Shown here one piece after another: positions 1 through 11,688 of a stretch of DNA of 46,308 nt. Every line of letters starts with the position of its first letter. Within the stretch, counting starts at the first letter, position 1. The notes under the pieces were generated by a model. That model saw only the letters and a program-made list of their open reading frames with translations, had not been told where the DNA came from and made no database searches. The DNA comes from Macrostomum lignano (lineage: Eukaryota). Location of the stretch: the NCBI GenBank assembly GCA_002269645.1, contig NIVC01004430.1, forward strand, positions 1 through 46,308. The letters run 5' to 3'. A program made the position numbers and the translations under genes.

Positions 1-205
1 GCAATAGTGTGAACGCTTAGTTACACGACTGTGAATCCTTATGTAGCAATAGTGTGAACGCTCGGTTACAACTGTGAATCCTCGTTACAAACACTGTGAA
101 CGCAATATTTACAAATGTGAATTTTTGGCAGTGAAACATTGTGAACAGTCAGTTTTAACATCGTGACGCTTGGTTTAAAACTGACTCGTTAGTGCAGCAG
201 CTCAC

Positions 206-474
206 CTTGCGACAGTTGCTAGTGCGGATGCCGTGAATCATGCTCGCGTGATTACCGGCATCGGACAGAAACACCAGGCCGGGCACCAGCTGGCCAAGGT
301 GTACAGAGTCGCCTCGTTGGCCACGTAGCACGAGGTGAACAGCAGGGCGGCCTCCTTGCCGTGCCAGTCGGCCAGCTCGGCCTCCAGCGCCTCGTGATGG
401 ATGGTGTTGCCCGATATGTTGCGGGTGCCGCCCGAGCCCACACCGTGCTGCCTGGCCGCCTCGATCACCGCCTC
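206..474 (-). CDS. ALAS: 5-aminolevulinate synthase, second coding exon; 1-nt frameshift at ~289-293; gene continues beyond window start
   Basis: ccacag acceptor at 475-476. [61 protein letters not shown], then in the shifted frame [28 protein letters not shown] followed by a GTGAG donor at 205. Confidence 0.93.
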
Positions 475-510
475 CTGTGGGCGGTCACCGATCAGCACCG
501 CTGATCTTCT

Positions 511-870
511 GTGCTCAGCCTACTTCTCCCCCGTTTCTCTCAGCCTACTTCTCCCCCGTTTCTCTCAGCCTACTTTTCCCCCGATTCTCTCAGCCTACTT
601 CTCCCCCGTTCTCTCAGCCTACTTCTCCCCCGTTTCTCTCAGCCTACTTCTCCCCGATTCTCTCAGCCTACTTCTCCCCGATTCTCTCAGCCTACTTCTC
701 CCCCGTTTCTCTCAGCCTACTTCTCCCCCGTTTCTCTCAGCCTACTTTTCCCCCGTTTCTCTCAGCCTACTTCTCCCCCGTTTCTCTCAGCCTACTTCTC
801 CCCCGATTCTCTCAGCCTACTTCTCCCCCGTATCTCTCAGCCTATTTCTCCCCCGTTTCTCTCAGCCTCT
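511..870. repeat. 25-bp minisatellite in ALAS intron
   Basis: Tandem unit TACTTCTCCCCCGTTTCTCTCAGCC; starts at 521 and 546 give a period of 25. Confidence 0.95.
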
Positions 871-987
871 AACATCTCACCCTTCTACCCCCATCACACC
901 TCAGGATCTACTTTCATACATTTATTGTACTCGTACGATAAGACTAACTAGACAACAATCCCTACTAGAAGCAGAAATTGCCAATAC

Positions 988-1559
988 CTGCACCACGGGA
1001 TGCCAGCTCATGCCCAGATAGTCATTGCTGCACCACACCGTGATGTCCTTCCTGCCGCCCGTGTGCTCCTCGGCCAGGGGGAAACTCGGGCCGCGCCTGT
1101 TTACTTTGCGAAACACCCGATAGCTGTGATCGTCGCGTTTCCGCTGCAGCTGGGCCTCGCAGCGGGCCTTGTAGTTGTAGAGGTTGGGGGCTCAGCCTGC
1201 GGCACCAGCGGCTCGGCTGGCATTGGAGCCGCCTGTTGCTCGTCCATACAGCAGACGGTCAGCGGCCGGCCGGCCATGCGGCTGTACGGACACTCGCTGG
1301 GCGGCGACAGGCCGCAGACGGCGGCGTCGCTAGCAGCTAGGCGGCCGCTGAGAAACGGGCACTTCTTCTCAGACATTGGCGGAGGCGGCGGCGGTTGCTG
1401 ATGACGCTGCGACTGCGTAGATTCCTCAACGCCGGCTGTCATGGCCCGCTGGATGTGCTTGCCGATCACGGGGCAGCGCTGGGCGAAGCGCAGCAGAGAC
1501 CAGGGCCGGGACTGGATGAGGCCGCTCGGCAGGTGGCTGAGAAACGGGCAGGACAGCAT
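988..1559 (-). CDS. ALAS: 5-aminolevulinate synthase, first coding exon (mitochondrial presequence with CP heme-regulatory motifs plus start of catalytic domain); 1-nt frameshift at ~1186-1190
   Basis: ATG at 1559 (MLSCPFLS...QRCPVI...KKCPFLS...ECPYS). Restoring one C in the C5 run gives PNLYNYKARCEAQLQRKRDDHSYRVFRKVNRRGPSFP...ITVWCSNDYLGMSWHPVVQ, the ALAS catalytic N-terminus. GT donor at 987. Confidence 0.93.
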
Positions 1560-1680
1560 GGCTGCCGGGCTGCGGGCGGGCGGGACTGCGATTTGTGGAA
1601 AATGCTTGGATTAAATATCCCCAATGCTGAGCTAGGCCTGACCAATATGAGCCCGAGATGTGTGTAAGGTGGGGATGGCA

Positions 1681-2080
1681 ACTGGGGATCTGTGAGGCTG
1701 GCACAGCAACTGAGGATCTGGGAGGCTGGCCCAGCAACTGAGGATCTGGGAGGCTGGCCCAGCAACTGAGGATCTGGGAGGCTGGCCCAGCAACTGAGGA
1801 TCTGGGAGGCTGGCCCAGCAACTGAGGATCTGGGAGGCTGGCACAGCAACTGAGGATCTGGGAGGCTGGCCCAGCAACTGAGGATCTGGGAGGCTGGCAC
1901 AGCAACTGAGGATCTGGGAGGCTGGCCCAGCAACTGAGGATCTGGGAGGCTGGCCCAGCAACTGAGGATCTGGGAGGCTGGCCCAGCAACTGAGGATCTG
2001 GGACAACGGCTTGGCAATTGAGGATCTGGGAGGATAACTTAACAACTGAGGATCTGAGAGGCTGGCGCAGGAACTAAGGA
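1681..2080. repeat. 28-bp minisatellite upstream of the ALAS ATG (probable 5'UTR intron)
   Basis: Tandem unit ACTGAGGATCTGGGAGGCTGGCCCAGCA. Acceptor-like ttttccacaaatcgcag on the minus strand ~26 nt before the ATG. Confidence 0.93.
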
Positions 2081-4014
2081 TGTGTGGTAAAGGCGGCGGC
2101 CTAGCAGTGCAAAAGACATTGCAAAGTCTTTCATGTAATAAAGAGGTTTCTTAAAGAGCAGCGGCACGGCAGTGTTGGTAGCTAATCTTCAGTTAATTTT
2201 TACATAGAAAGTTTCACATAAAAATGTCTGACTCACGCAAAGCACAATACAAGCGCATGCCTGTGCTACACACACACACACACATACAGTACACATTCCT
2301 ACAGAACAGATAAGCGGTGCAAAAACACGGTCAACAGAATCAACTGACACGTGACAAACAAGCTTCCTCAATCAAATTTAGTGTTGTCACAGGAATTCCA
2401 GTTACAAAGCGAAATTTATAACATTGAACAGTTTATCTAATCTAAGTTGAAATCAAATCTGTTTTTTAACTCTATTTTTGACACTCCAAGCTAAGCACAA
2501 ACTGTTGCACATGAGAAGTCTCGCATTACAAAATAACAAGTGAAGGTAACTAATAAATTGTTGTTAACTCACGCTGAAGAATAGCTCGAGATGAAATAAT
2601 TTAACAGAGAAGCAGTTTGTATGATGGGTTTTGCATGTCTAATTTATAAGCTGTGCACGGTAGGGGCGTTGCTCCGTTTGCACTCTTTCATTGTCAGCTC
2701 TTCGCAATCTCTTCTCCTGCAATTTGCTTCTCACGATCTGCTCGCTGCGCCAGCTCAGGGACCTCTGGATGCACATGGACTGTTTGAATTCGTGCAGAAA
2801 TAATAACTAGAAAAACCAAAATAGCATTGGACATTGCTAAAACATTTGGAGTTATGATATTTGGTTTTATGGTGGGGAAAGCGCTTTCATAGTTGTGATT
2901 TTTCGGGTTTTGTGATGCCTCTCCTCCAGAGCTCTCGCGCTCTATATGAAAAATATGAAAAATTATGGCATACATGTACAAGTAATTATAACACAAGAAG
3001 CGAAACTCTGCTACAACTTTTGGTACCAGTCCAAGTGTATTCACAGTCCAAGTGTATTCAGAGGTCCCTGGTCAAACTCTTTTTCAATTCATTCTCTACC
3101 AGACTCGGGCACTGGGTGGGTACCGCGAATTCAGTGTTGGTTGGGGCTTGTCATTAAAAAAGGCCTTGTTGTTTGTCTTTATACTAGGAAGTACGAGTAT
3201 ATAATTAGCAAACTTACTGTTCCAACTTACCGCATTCGAGATAGCAACATGAAAACTTCTACTGCTTCTTATTGACAAACAAAATCAAAAGAATTTTTTA
3301 CGGATTTTTTTATTATCAAAAACGAATACTTCGAGAGCTCATGCAAGCCACAGTTTTATAATCGAGAGAGGGGAGGAGGGTAGGTGGCGTGACGTGCAGG
3401 TGCATAAAGACTGACTCGAGGGGGGAGACAGAAGAAGAAGGCGGGTGTTTTATGATTTGTCAAGACGACCCGGACCGGGAACTGGGACAGCAGGCAAGGC
3501 AGGCCTCAGTAATTAAAGTGCCAGTTCGCTCCGTTTCTATAATCACCCAATCTTTTTCAAGTTGCCAATAGCAACCGAAAGAAGTGGAAACGAGAAGGCT
3601 GGGCGGAAATAAGCCTGTCACCTCTCTTCCCCCCTACCGTCGGGTCCTCATAAACCAGGCTGTCTGGAGAGAGAGATCCCATTTCCTTAAGGCATTCCGA
3701 ATCCCCCTAGTCACCTTGTATGCATGCTAATCTAAAAGCTGCAGAAACTAATTACTTGGATGGCTGCACTTCGCTCGGTGCGATGGGACTCTGCTGCAAA
3801 CAGAAATTTAAAACAAAACAGTGCGAAGATTTCTTAGCATCACCGAAAACAGTGCGGTGCAATGTTTTATTTATCAACCATTTGGGAGGGAGCTGATCAA
3901 CAAACAGTACAGTTTATATTGACACTGGATAGCGACATCAGTTATGACTGGCTTGCAGGGCGAACAGGGAGATGAACTCAATGGGACAAATGGGCTGACA
4001 CTCAGACACAGAGA

Positions 4015-4015
4015 C

Positions 4016-4066
<51 letters not shown>

Positions 4067-4141
4067 GGCAGACAGACAGGCAGAAGGACAGACAGACAGA
4101 CAGACAGACAGACAGGCAGACAGACAGTCAGACAGGCAGAC
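4015..4141. repeat. (GACA)n microsatellite
   Basis: Direct reading of GACA/GGCA tetramers. Confidence 0.97.
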
Positions 4142-4273
4142 AAAAACACAGCAATCGCATCTCAGTGATCCAGATAGAAGACTCAAAAAATCATTTTCAT
4201 AACTCTGCAGGCCATTGGATTGGCAAGCAGAGACGCAGCAATGAAAGATGGGCAGAGGACCCAGAGCCAGCAT

Positions 4274-4645
4274 CTACTTGGGATTCTGATCCCTGAAGTG
4301 TTTCTGCAGCCGATTGGCGCCCAAGCCGAGCTGCACAGCCGCCCGCTGCCGATGCCGCTGCACGAAGGCCCGATCGCGCAGGGTGGCCACCTCGGCCTGG
4401 CCGCGGGTCGGGCCGTGCCAGCCAATGGATCTGTACTGAGCCAGCAGGCGCTGATGCTGCAGGCTGCCGCCGGCCGCAGGCAGGGCCACCGCCCGGGAGG
4501 GGGCCGGGCTCTGCCTGTAGTAGCGCATCAGAGAGCGGTGCCCGACAACGGCGCCGGACGGCAGCACCAGCTCGAATGTCTCCAGATCGGTTGGCGCGTC
4601 TTCTTCGCCTGAGTCGGCGTCGTCTTCGCCGGCGTTGGGATCGAG
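4274..4645 (-). CDS. ZNF622: ZNF622/Rei1 pre-60S maturation factor, last exon
   Basis: Phase-0 acceptor cccccag at 4646-4647. LDPNAGEDD...FELVLPSGAVVGHRSLMRYYRQ...LLAQYRSIGWHG...DRAFVQR...KHFRDQNPK* matches the ZNF622 C-terminus (ELILPSGARVGHRSLMRYYKQ). Confidence 0.92.
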   Translation of the reverse strand, partial: LDPNAGEDDADSGEEDAPTDLETFELVLPSGAVVGHRSLMRYYRQSPAPSRAVALPAAGGSLQHQRLLAQYRSIGWHGPTRGQAEVATLRDRAFVQRHRQRAAVQLGLGANRLQKHFRDQNPK

Positions 4646-4719
4646 CTGGGGGATCCGATCGGCAAGCAGAGGAATTCTGCTTGAAAATTCTGCCCGAGAT
4701 TATGCAATACTAATAAGAT

Positions 4720-5350
4720 CCCATCGCATCTAAACTGATGTCATCCAGTCTGATCAAATCTAATTTGATCCCATTTCATTCTATCCTATCTAATCCTATC
4801 CCATCTAATCGGATCCATCCAATCTGATCCCATCTAATCTGATCTTTTTCCCATCAAATCTGATCCCATCTAATCTGATCTTTTTCCCATCAAATCTGAT
4901 CCCATCTAACCCGATCCCATCTAACCTTATCCCATCTAATCTGATCCCATCTAATCTGATCCCATCTAATCTGATCCCATCTCATCTGATCCCATCCAAT
5001 CTGATATCATCTAACCCAAACCCATCTAACCCGATCCCATCTAATCTGATCCCATCTCATCTGATCCCATCTAAACCGAACCCATCTAACCCGAACCCAT
5101 CTAATCTGATCCCATCCAACCCGATCCCATCTAACCCGATCCCATCTAACCCGATCCCATCTAACCCGATCCCATCTAATCTGATCCCATCTAACCCGAT
5201 CCCATCTAATCTGATCCTATCTCATCTGATCCCATCTAAACCGAACCCATCTAACCCGATCCCATCTAATCTGATCCCATCTCATCTGATCCCATTTAAC
5301 CCGAACCCATCTAACCCGATCTCATCTAATCTGATCCCATCTAATGATCC
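4720..5350. repeat. 15-bp minisatellite (CCCATCTAATCTGAT variants) in ZNF622 intron
   Basis: Direct tandem repeats of CCCATCTAA(T/C)C(T/C)GAT. Confidence 0.95.
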
Positions 5351-5386
5351 CAATCCGCACTCAATCCCAACCCTGATGCTGCTCAC

Positions 5387-5925
5387 CCCCAGACTGCTAT
5401 AGTCGTAGAAGTCGGCAAGATCAAAGGCGTGCTCCCCGGCCAGGTTATACCGACAGTGGCCCTTGTCCAGCATGTGGCTGCGCACCGCTCGCACGCTGTC
5501 AAATCGTCTGGCCCCGTGGCACCAGAGGCACTCGCGCCCGACGCCAACTTTATAATCTAGCAGAGTGATGAGGCCCTCCAGGTCGGACAGCAGGTCCGGG
5601 TCGGGGAGAGCGAACCCGTGCTCGCGCAGCATGTGCGCGCAGTTGGCCTCCAGGCTGGCGGCCACATTCGGGCAGAACAGGCACTCCTCCTGGCCGAGTG
5701 GAGACTCGCCATCGAGTTCGCCCGAGTCTGAGTCAGAGTCGCCGTCAACGCTGAGCCAATCGGGCGAGTCGGAGCGGCCAGGCGTCTCGCGCTGCTCCAG
5801 CTGCTCGGCTTCGCGCTGCTTGTGCTTCTTCGAAGCAACGTGATTTTCGAAAGCTTTAGCGCTGGAGAATTTCTTGTGACAGGCGGAGCAGTAGGGCTGC
5901 GGATTAGCGGGCATGGGGATTGGGG
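5387..5925 (-). CDS. ZNF622: ZNF622/Rei1, middle exon with C2H2 zinc fingers
   Basis: YCSACHKKFSSAKAFENHVASKKH; ECLFC...NCAHMLREHGF; VGRECLWC...AVRSHMLDKGHC...DFYDYS. Phase-0 GTGAGC donor at 5386; ttcag acceptor at 5926-5927. Confidence 0.92.
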
Positions 5926-6198
5926 CTGAAGGACAAAGTGCACAATTCCAGGAGGACAGACTAAGTCTATTCGATAAAATTAAAATGCCAATCGAAAGTT
6001 TTTTTATTATGACTTTTTAATCATTCGCGAAGCAAGACAATTTACAGGATCTACAGGGGTAAACTTGCTAATGCATCTCTATTATGGTGCCAAGGTACAT
6101 TCAGACCTGGGATTGATTGCGCCTTGGCCGCTATACAACCTGTGTAAAGCTATCCGCATGTGTAACACAAAATGCACATGCATCCTAGAATAGACTGC

Positions 6199-6560
6199 GA
6201 GGGGGCCGTAGCCCAGCGTAGCGCAGCTGCTCTGGTGTGCCGCGACCCAGGCTCAATTCCAAGTGCAGTCACATTAATTTGGGGCTGAATTGGAATCTCA
6301 GCTTGGCTCCGCTTGTGCAATTAATGACCTTGAGAGCCAACCCCCCAAGGTGCAATGAAGTGTACATGCCTAACGATAAAATAAAGTTAGGGCTGCTGTA
6401 CACTCCTGTGTGAGTGTGTGCCTGCGTATGTATCCGCGCGCTTGTGTGCCTGCTCAGGGGAGTTGGCGGAATGGGCAGTAATGCCTCTCGCCGGTTGTGT
6501 GCCCATATCGCTTAAAGTGCGATAGGGTACACACAACCCCCCTGCCTCTAATAAAAAAAA
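6199..6560 (+). mobile_element. tRNA-derived SINE, full length, in ZNF622 intron 1
   Basis: Exact 13-bp TSD TAGAATAGACTGC at 6186-6198 and 6561-6573. A-box-like TAGCCCAGCGTAG (6209-6221), B-box-like GGCTCAATTCC (6250-6260), 3' stem-loop (6495-6536) and A-rich tail. Confidence 0.85.
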
Positions 6561-6936
6561 TAGAATAGACTGCAGCTTGGGCTACATGTATGTCGCTAGG
6601 GGGTGGCAACGCCTCGCTGTTTCTGGACACACAGAGCCCCCTGCAGCTAAGTCAAAAGTAAGAGCTGCATGTGTGTACTGCATAGGTTTGCAACTCGAGT
6701 TATTTATATAAATTAATAACCATAAAGCAATAGGGAAAAATAGCTTTCTGTCAAGAACTAAGAAAATCTATAGCGATTATAGTTAAACCAGTGGGCTAGC
6801 ACAAAAAATGTAGAAAAAAGTCAAAATTATAAGTGAACAGGACCAGGTGCAGTAATATGCACAAATTGATCTAATATTGTCTAAAATCTAGTAAGATTGG
6901 ATATATGATCACTATTATAGAAAATCAAAAGCATTT

Positions 6937-7466
6937 AATCATTTAAATGGAAGAAATGTATAGAAAGGGATTAGATAACAAAACTTAAGCTTTTCATCAA
7001 TTTTGTAATACGATCCCTCAAGGCAAAATTTGTTTGGAGGGGATTGTGTACCTAACATGCAAAAAAACACCTTGTAAAAATTTCAGCAATGGCCAATAAA
7101 AAGAAGTCTCATAGGTCGTTCTATACGATTCACATATCATATCATATATAATATGATATGATATTCATCTATTTTTTACCCCCCTCACTTTCATTATATG
7201 ATCCCCAATAGCATGAAACAATACTCTCCATACTGTAAGGGGATCATAAAACAAAAGTGAGGGGGGTGTCAGGCGGGCATCGAACAAGTTGTATGAACTA
7301 TTTTTACTTCATATATAATTAGTAGCCTACGATATCAAATTTCACTTTTGATATACGATCCCCTGCAAAAAAATTTCTAACTTAAAGGATCATATTACGA
7401 AATTGATGAAAAGCCTAAGTTTTGTTATCCGATCCCTTTCAATACACTTCCTCCATTTAAACGATT
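6937..7466. mobile_element. Degenerate fold-back/MITE-like element with 80-bp inverted arms and a central hairpin
   Basis: 6937-7016 is the reverse complement of 7387-7466 at 71/80 by hand alignment. Central inverted pair CCCCTCACTTT...GATCCCC / GGGGATC...AAAGTGAGGGG at ~7170-7264. Confidence 0.75.
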
Positions 7467-8965
7467 GTATAATGAAAGTGAATATAGGGAGGCTCCTATA
7501 CTGTTCTTGCGAAGACTCTTGTCCAGGCTTTGTTTGGTTGCCTTCAAAATAGACAGCTTTTGAAACTGCCTTAGTGCAGTGACTTTGACTCTTTGATGGA
7601 TATGTTTCTAGTCTTTTGGTGTCTATATTCTTTCACTGTGTCTTTTACATAGGGATCGTATAACGAAAGTGCCTAGGAATGGGGATTGTAAAATGAAAGA
7701 ATGCCAAAAAAACTCTGGTATACATTAGACATCTTTGGCCTTTCTGATAGTGGCATATAATGTTTAATACTTTTAAAAATGAATTGACAATTACATTTGG
7801 CCTAGGCCTAATTGTAGGCCTAGACTTTAAAAAATTATTATTGCTTAGAATATAAAGTCTTTTTGTATAATTTTTGATAATGATAACCTAGAAAGGTTTC
7901 TAACTTCATAATCATAATAGATAATGCCATATTTAAATTTATTATCTAGTGTACTAGTGCTATGCCTTTATCATAGTATACTCGAATGTTCTTTCAATGT
8001 AATAACTGTATATTCGAATCTTTCTTAGAAACTGAATCTACGCGAACGCCAAATAATAGTTTGTTTTAATGCGCGAAATAAATTGGAGAATTATTTTTTT
8101 GTTTTAATCGTATGTGGGGGAAATCACTATATATAGGAGCGGTTTTGCGACAAATATACTCTAACTGTCTTTTACTCGTGAGCAAATAATTGCGAACAGA
8201 ATAAGCAGTTCAATCTAAACCATTTCAAAGTCTTTGAGCTAAATAGCGACTTATTTATTTGCAAAACCTGTGAAACGATTCTAAGAAATTTGCTAAGAGA
8301 AGGGAATTGGGACTAATTCTTGGAGATATACCAAGAGAGGCGCCGTGACCCTCTAGTCTCGGTGAACGCCCGATTAGGACTATACACTAATACATATACC
8401 AGTACTAGACCGCTCAGGCCATAAGCTACTAGAACGCTACCAGAAAGCAAGCCATAAGCTACCAGAAACGCTACTAAGAACGCTACCAGAAACGCTACTA
8501 AGAACGCTACCCAGAAATATTTAAATGAAATTCTAAGAAATAGTTAGGGAGTAAAAGCAAGTATAATCAGGATAACTGTAGTTGGCAAATCGGTGGGATT
8601 AAAATTGATAAAGTAAGAGGTGAAAGGCCTGTAGTAACAACTTTGGTGGCAGCTCGTAGGATATTTAATAAACACTAATAGTTAGAAGTTTAGAAAGACA
8701 GAGCCAAAAGGCCTGTCACACTAGGAATTTATATCCAAATATACTAAATCACTAAGGTTTGTCATGCTTGCTTGGATAGGCCTATAATGGTCTACAGACT
8801 GCAATTTATTATACTAAACCTAAGCCTTCTCAATAAATAGAGGAAGGGCTAATATATAAATATCTTTTAATTCTAAATGATATTGATAAGCCTTGCTTTT
8901 TTGTTAAATGTTTGCTTAAAAATAAATTAAAATTAAAATTAGGAATCAAGCCTTGAGGTACTTAC

Positions 8966-9193
8966 CAAGCTCTTTTTAGATTTCTCTTCTCCACCACTCC
9001 CAGTTGGATTGTGAGCCTCATAATCTGACTTAGCAAACAATGTCTTTTTCAAATTAAACTCATCAATAGGAATGGGGGGTAGATTAGCTACTTTTCTTTT
9101 CAGATTATATCTGTGCCATTCACTTTTATAATGCTCTCGCTGTTCAGCTGAGCTGGCGAGTATAACTCCACAAGAAATGCAAGGAAAAGACAT
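8966..9193 (-). CDS. ZNF622: ZNF622/Rei1 first exon (N-terminal zinc finger); splice phase to the next exon unresolved
   Basis: MSFPCISCGVILASSAEQREHYKSEWHRYNLKRKVANLPPI matches the ZNF622 N-terminus (CITC...QRAHYKTDWHRYNLRRKVA). GTAAGT donor at 8965 is phase 0, but the 5926 acceptor needs phase 1. Confidence 0.8.
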
Positions 9194-11688
9194 GGCCTGA
9201 TCCGACCTTAGTTAGCTTAGCTTATTGGGCAGCCAAAAATATTAGGAGGCCTATAGAAAATTGATTTCGAGAAATTTAAAGGTTAAATCTTAACTACGGT
9301 CTGAGGTGAGGCCTGTCGATTATTTGTCTGGCTGATCCCTTTCGCTTGTAATTTTAAAACCGCATAAGTGTTTACACTGCTGACCAGCCAAGTGCAGGTT
9401 TTAAAAAATATTTTAACAGCAGATATTCTCTCTCTCTGTTTAACAGATTTGATTTGATTTGATTTTAAGAGAACAAACTGCAGGCCTACTACTTTCGAGG
9501 AAAACTTTTAGCGTAAAGCAGTATAAAAAATCTTAAGTTGCAGCTGGTGTTCTCTTTCTCATGCATAGTATTTAAAGCAGAAAACTGTTTTTACAGATTA
9601 TCTTATGTTATAAACTGCTTTTGTCTTTTGCTAAATGCGAACCCATTAATTTTTTTCCAGAAAATTGCATCAATGCATGCATCCTGGATGCAATATTATT
9701 AATGCATTAATGTATATTACAGTTCTGTTGAGATCCAGTTGGAAAAGAAATCAAATTTATTTATTTTATATTTGTTCTGACTAATGGTTAAAATTCATGG
9801 AAAACATTCTTCAAATTTTCAGCCTGATAAACGCTTGTTTCATTTCATATACAAGCAAAAACTGAGCATTTCTGCGCAAACACAAATCATGATGTGATCG
9901 ATCATATTCACTAATTTGTGGGGCCTTAGAAAGTTTTTTATTTTCGGTCCATCAATATTTCAGTTTGCATTCCTGCCGAATTTCATTTCAAGGTCATTGA
10001 AAAAGGTGCTGCTTGCATATGCAACTAGGGAATACAATTAAATCCCTAGATTTGCCAATCACGGACTCGGGATCGGGATATCCCGGACTTCGAAAATCCC
10101 GGGATTCTCGAGATCAGGATATCCTGGACCTTGTCAATCCCGTTAATCTTTGTTGGTGCGATTTCGGTTTACAAAGCCATCTAATCTGATTTTAAAGGGC
10201 TTTCAATAGAACAGAATAAAATATTTTGCAAACCATAGAACTGACGGTGAGCTCTGAATTGGAGTGTGATGTACATGTTCGGCCTACGGGCTGGCGTAAT
10301 AGACGTACTTTTTTACATGCCAGTATCAACTCAGGAAAATCACACTTGATTGTGATGTAATCTGAGGAATGATATAGCTTAATGAACAGAGCTATGGCCC
10401 GAGGTACTGATACCAGGGCAGAAGGGGACCATCATGATTCAGACCTCCACCCTCCCAAGGGCACCCCATTGGAAAATAGGTAGATTTGGTTGTGTGTGGT
10501 CAAATGAAAAAAGTCCAACTGTTCTAATCCCAACTAAGGGTACGGCCAAGGAGTTTTTGAAGGTAGGGACTGCCTTGTAGTTGTGCCACACCCTGTGCTG
10601 GACATCTAAAGGGTGTCCTCACAATGCTGAGAGTGAAGTCTTTCGCATAAGGGGGGCTTCTGATCTGCGCAAGGTCGAGACCACCTGGCAAGCGCTGTGT
10701 GATCGCAAACAATGAGGAATTAAAAAAATTATCATTATACATTAATATGCGAGTACCATATGCACAGAGAACGTTCATTACACCTTAAAATCTCTTTACG
10801 ATCTGCCAGCAGCTTCTGTTTTGCATCCCTGCAGCCCCATAGCCTCCCGGGGCCGGCGGTAAAAGTCACTGACGTCGAAATTCGCCTTTCAAAAACTGGC
10901 GACTACTTCTACTCTCTAGCCTGCATACTTAAAACATTAATAAATTAAAGCAGGACAACTAGGTTATGATTTTCACCTGACAAGTACAGTATCTCAGCTG
11001 CAGATACTACTACTCGAGAATGAATGATTGAATTATGAAGCGGAATCGGGATCCCGATGGTCAATCCCGGGATTTTCGAATCCCGGACTATTGTGATCGG
11101 GCTCTACTCGTATATTTTAAACTATGCCGTTATTTTATATCTTAGCCTATGCGGAACGGAAAGTTAATACGCGTTTTTGCCACTTTTGCACGCGCTAAGA
11201 GATAAGATAAGGTTTCGAGCAGCACGCAGAAAACGCTATAGAATATCAAACACAGCATAATTATTGTGTATTTATTAATTCAAATTACTCATTCTTTTTG
11301 TATGATAAGTGAAGTAAATCCAATCCAAAAACTCTAGCTGTAGCGTCGTTGCCTGACAACAGTCACAACAAACAATAGGAGAGGGAGTGGAATGCCTTTA
11401 ATGCAGCAAAATTAACGTACATACTACATGCGGATACCTGACGTACTTGGCCGAAGTACCTTGTAATCATACTCATAATCATAATGAGTATTTTTAGAAC
11501 TGCAACTGCAAGCGCCATAAACATGCACTGTGAAGTATGCTCGTAAACTGACTTAGATTTTATAATTTCAAGTGGAATAAAAATAGAAATAGCAATAAAC
11601 AAGATATGTTAATAAAAAAGCATAAATAGCAATAAAACAGCAGACTAAATCGCCGATCCGGTAAGTAAAGTCTAGCTGACTCCAGCAG

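Noticed and set aside
1186-1190. Programmed ribosomal frameshift in ALAS
   Set aside because: No slippery heptamer or downstream structure, and a second indel in the same gene plus one in H3 point to sequencing error.
401-2045. Repetitive ORFs ([25 protein letters not shown] etc.), and likewise those at 3874-4168, 18267-19219, 32583-33364, 35021-35937, 41702-42259 and 45294-45698
   Set aside because: They are translations of micro/minisatellites, open in several frames and on both strands.
1560-3300. Iron-responsive element in the ALAS 5' region
   Set aside because: The only minus-strand CAGTGC I found (~3108-3113) has no complementary stem.
6199-6270. Functional tRNA gene
   Set aside because: Boxes are degenerate, no clean cloverleaf, and the sequence continues into a TSD-flanked, A-tailed SINE body.
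10380-10778. Possible decayed coding fragment on the minus strand
   Set aside because: Frames are interrupted by stops and I recognise no family motif.
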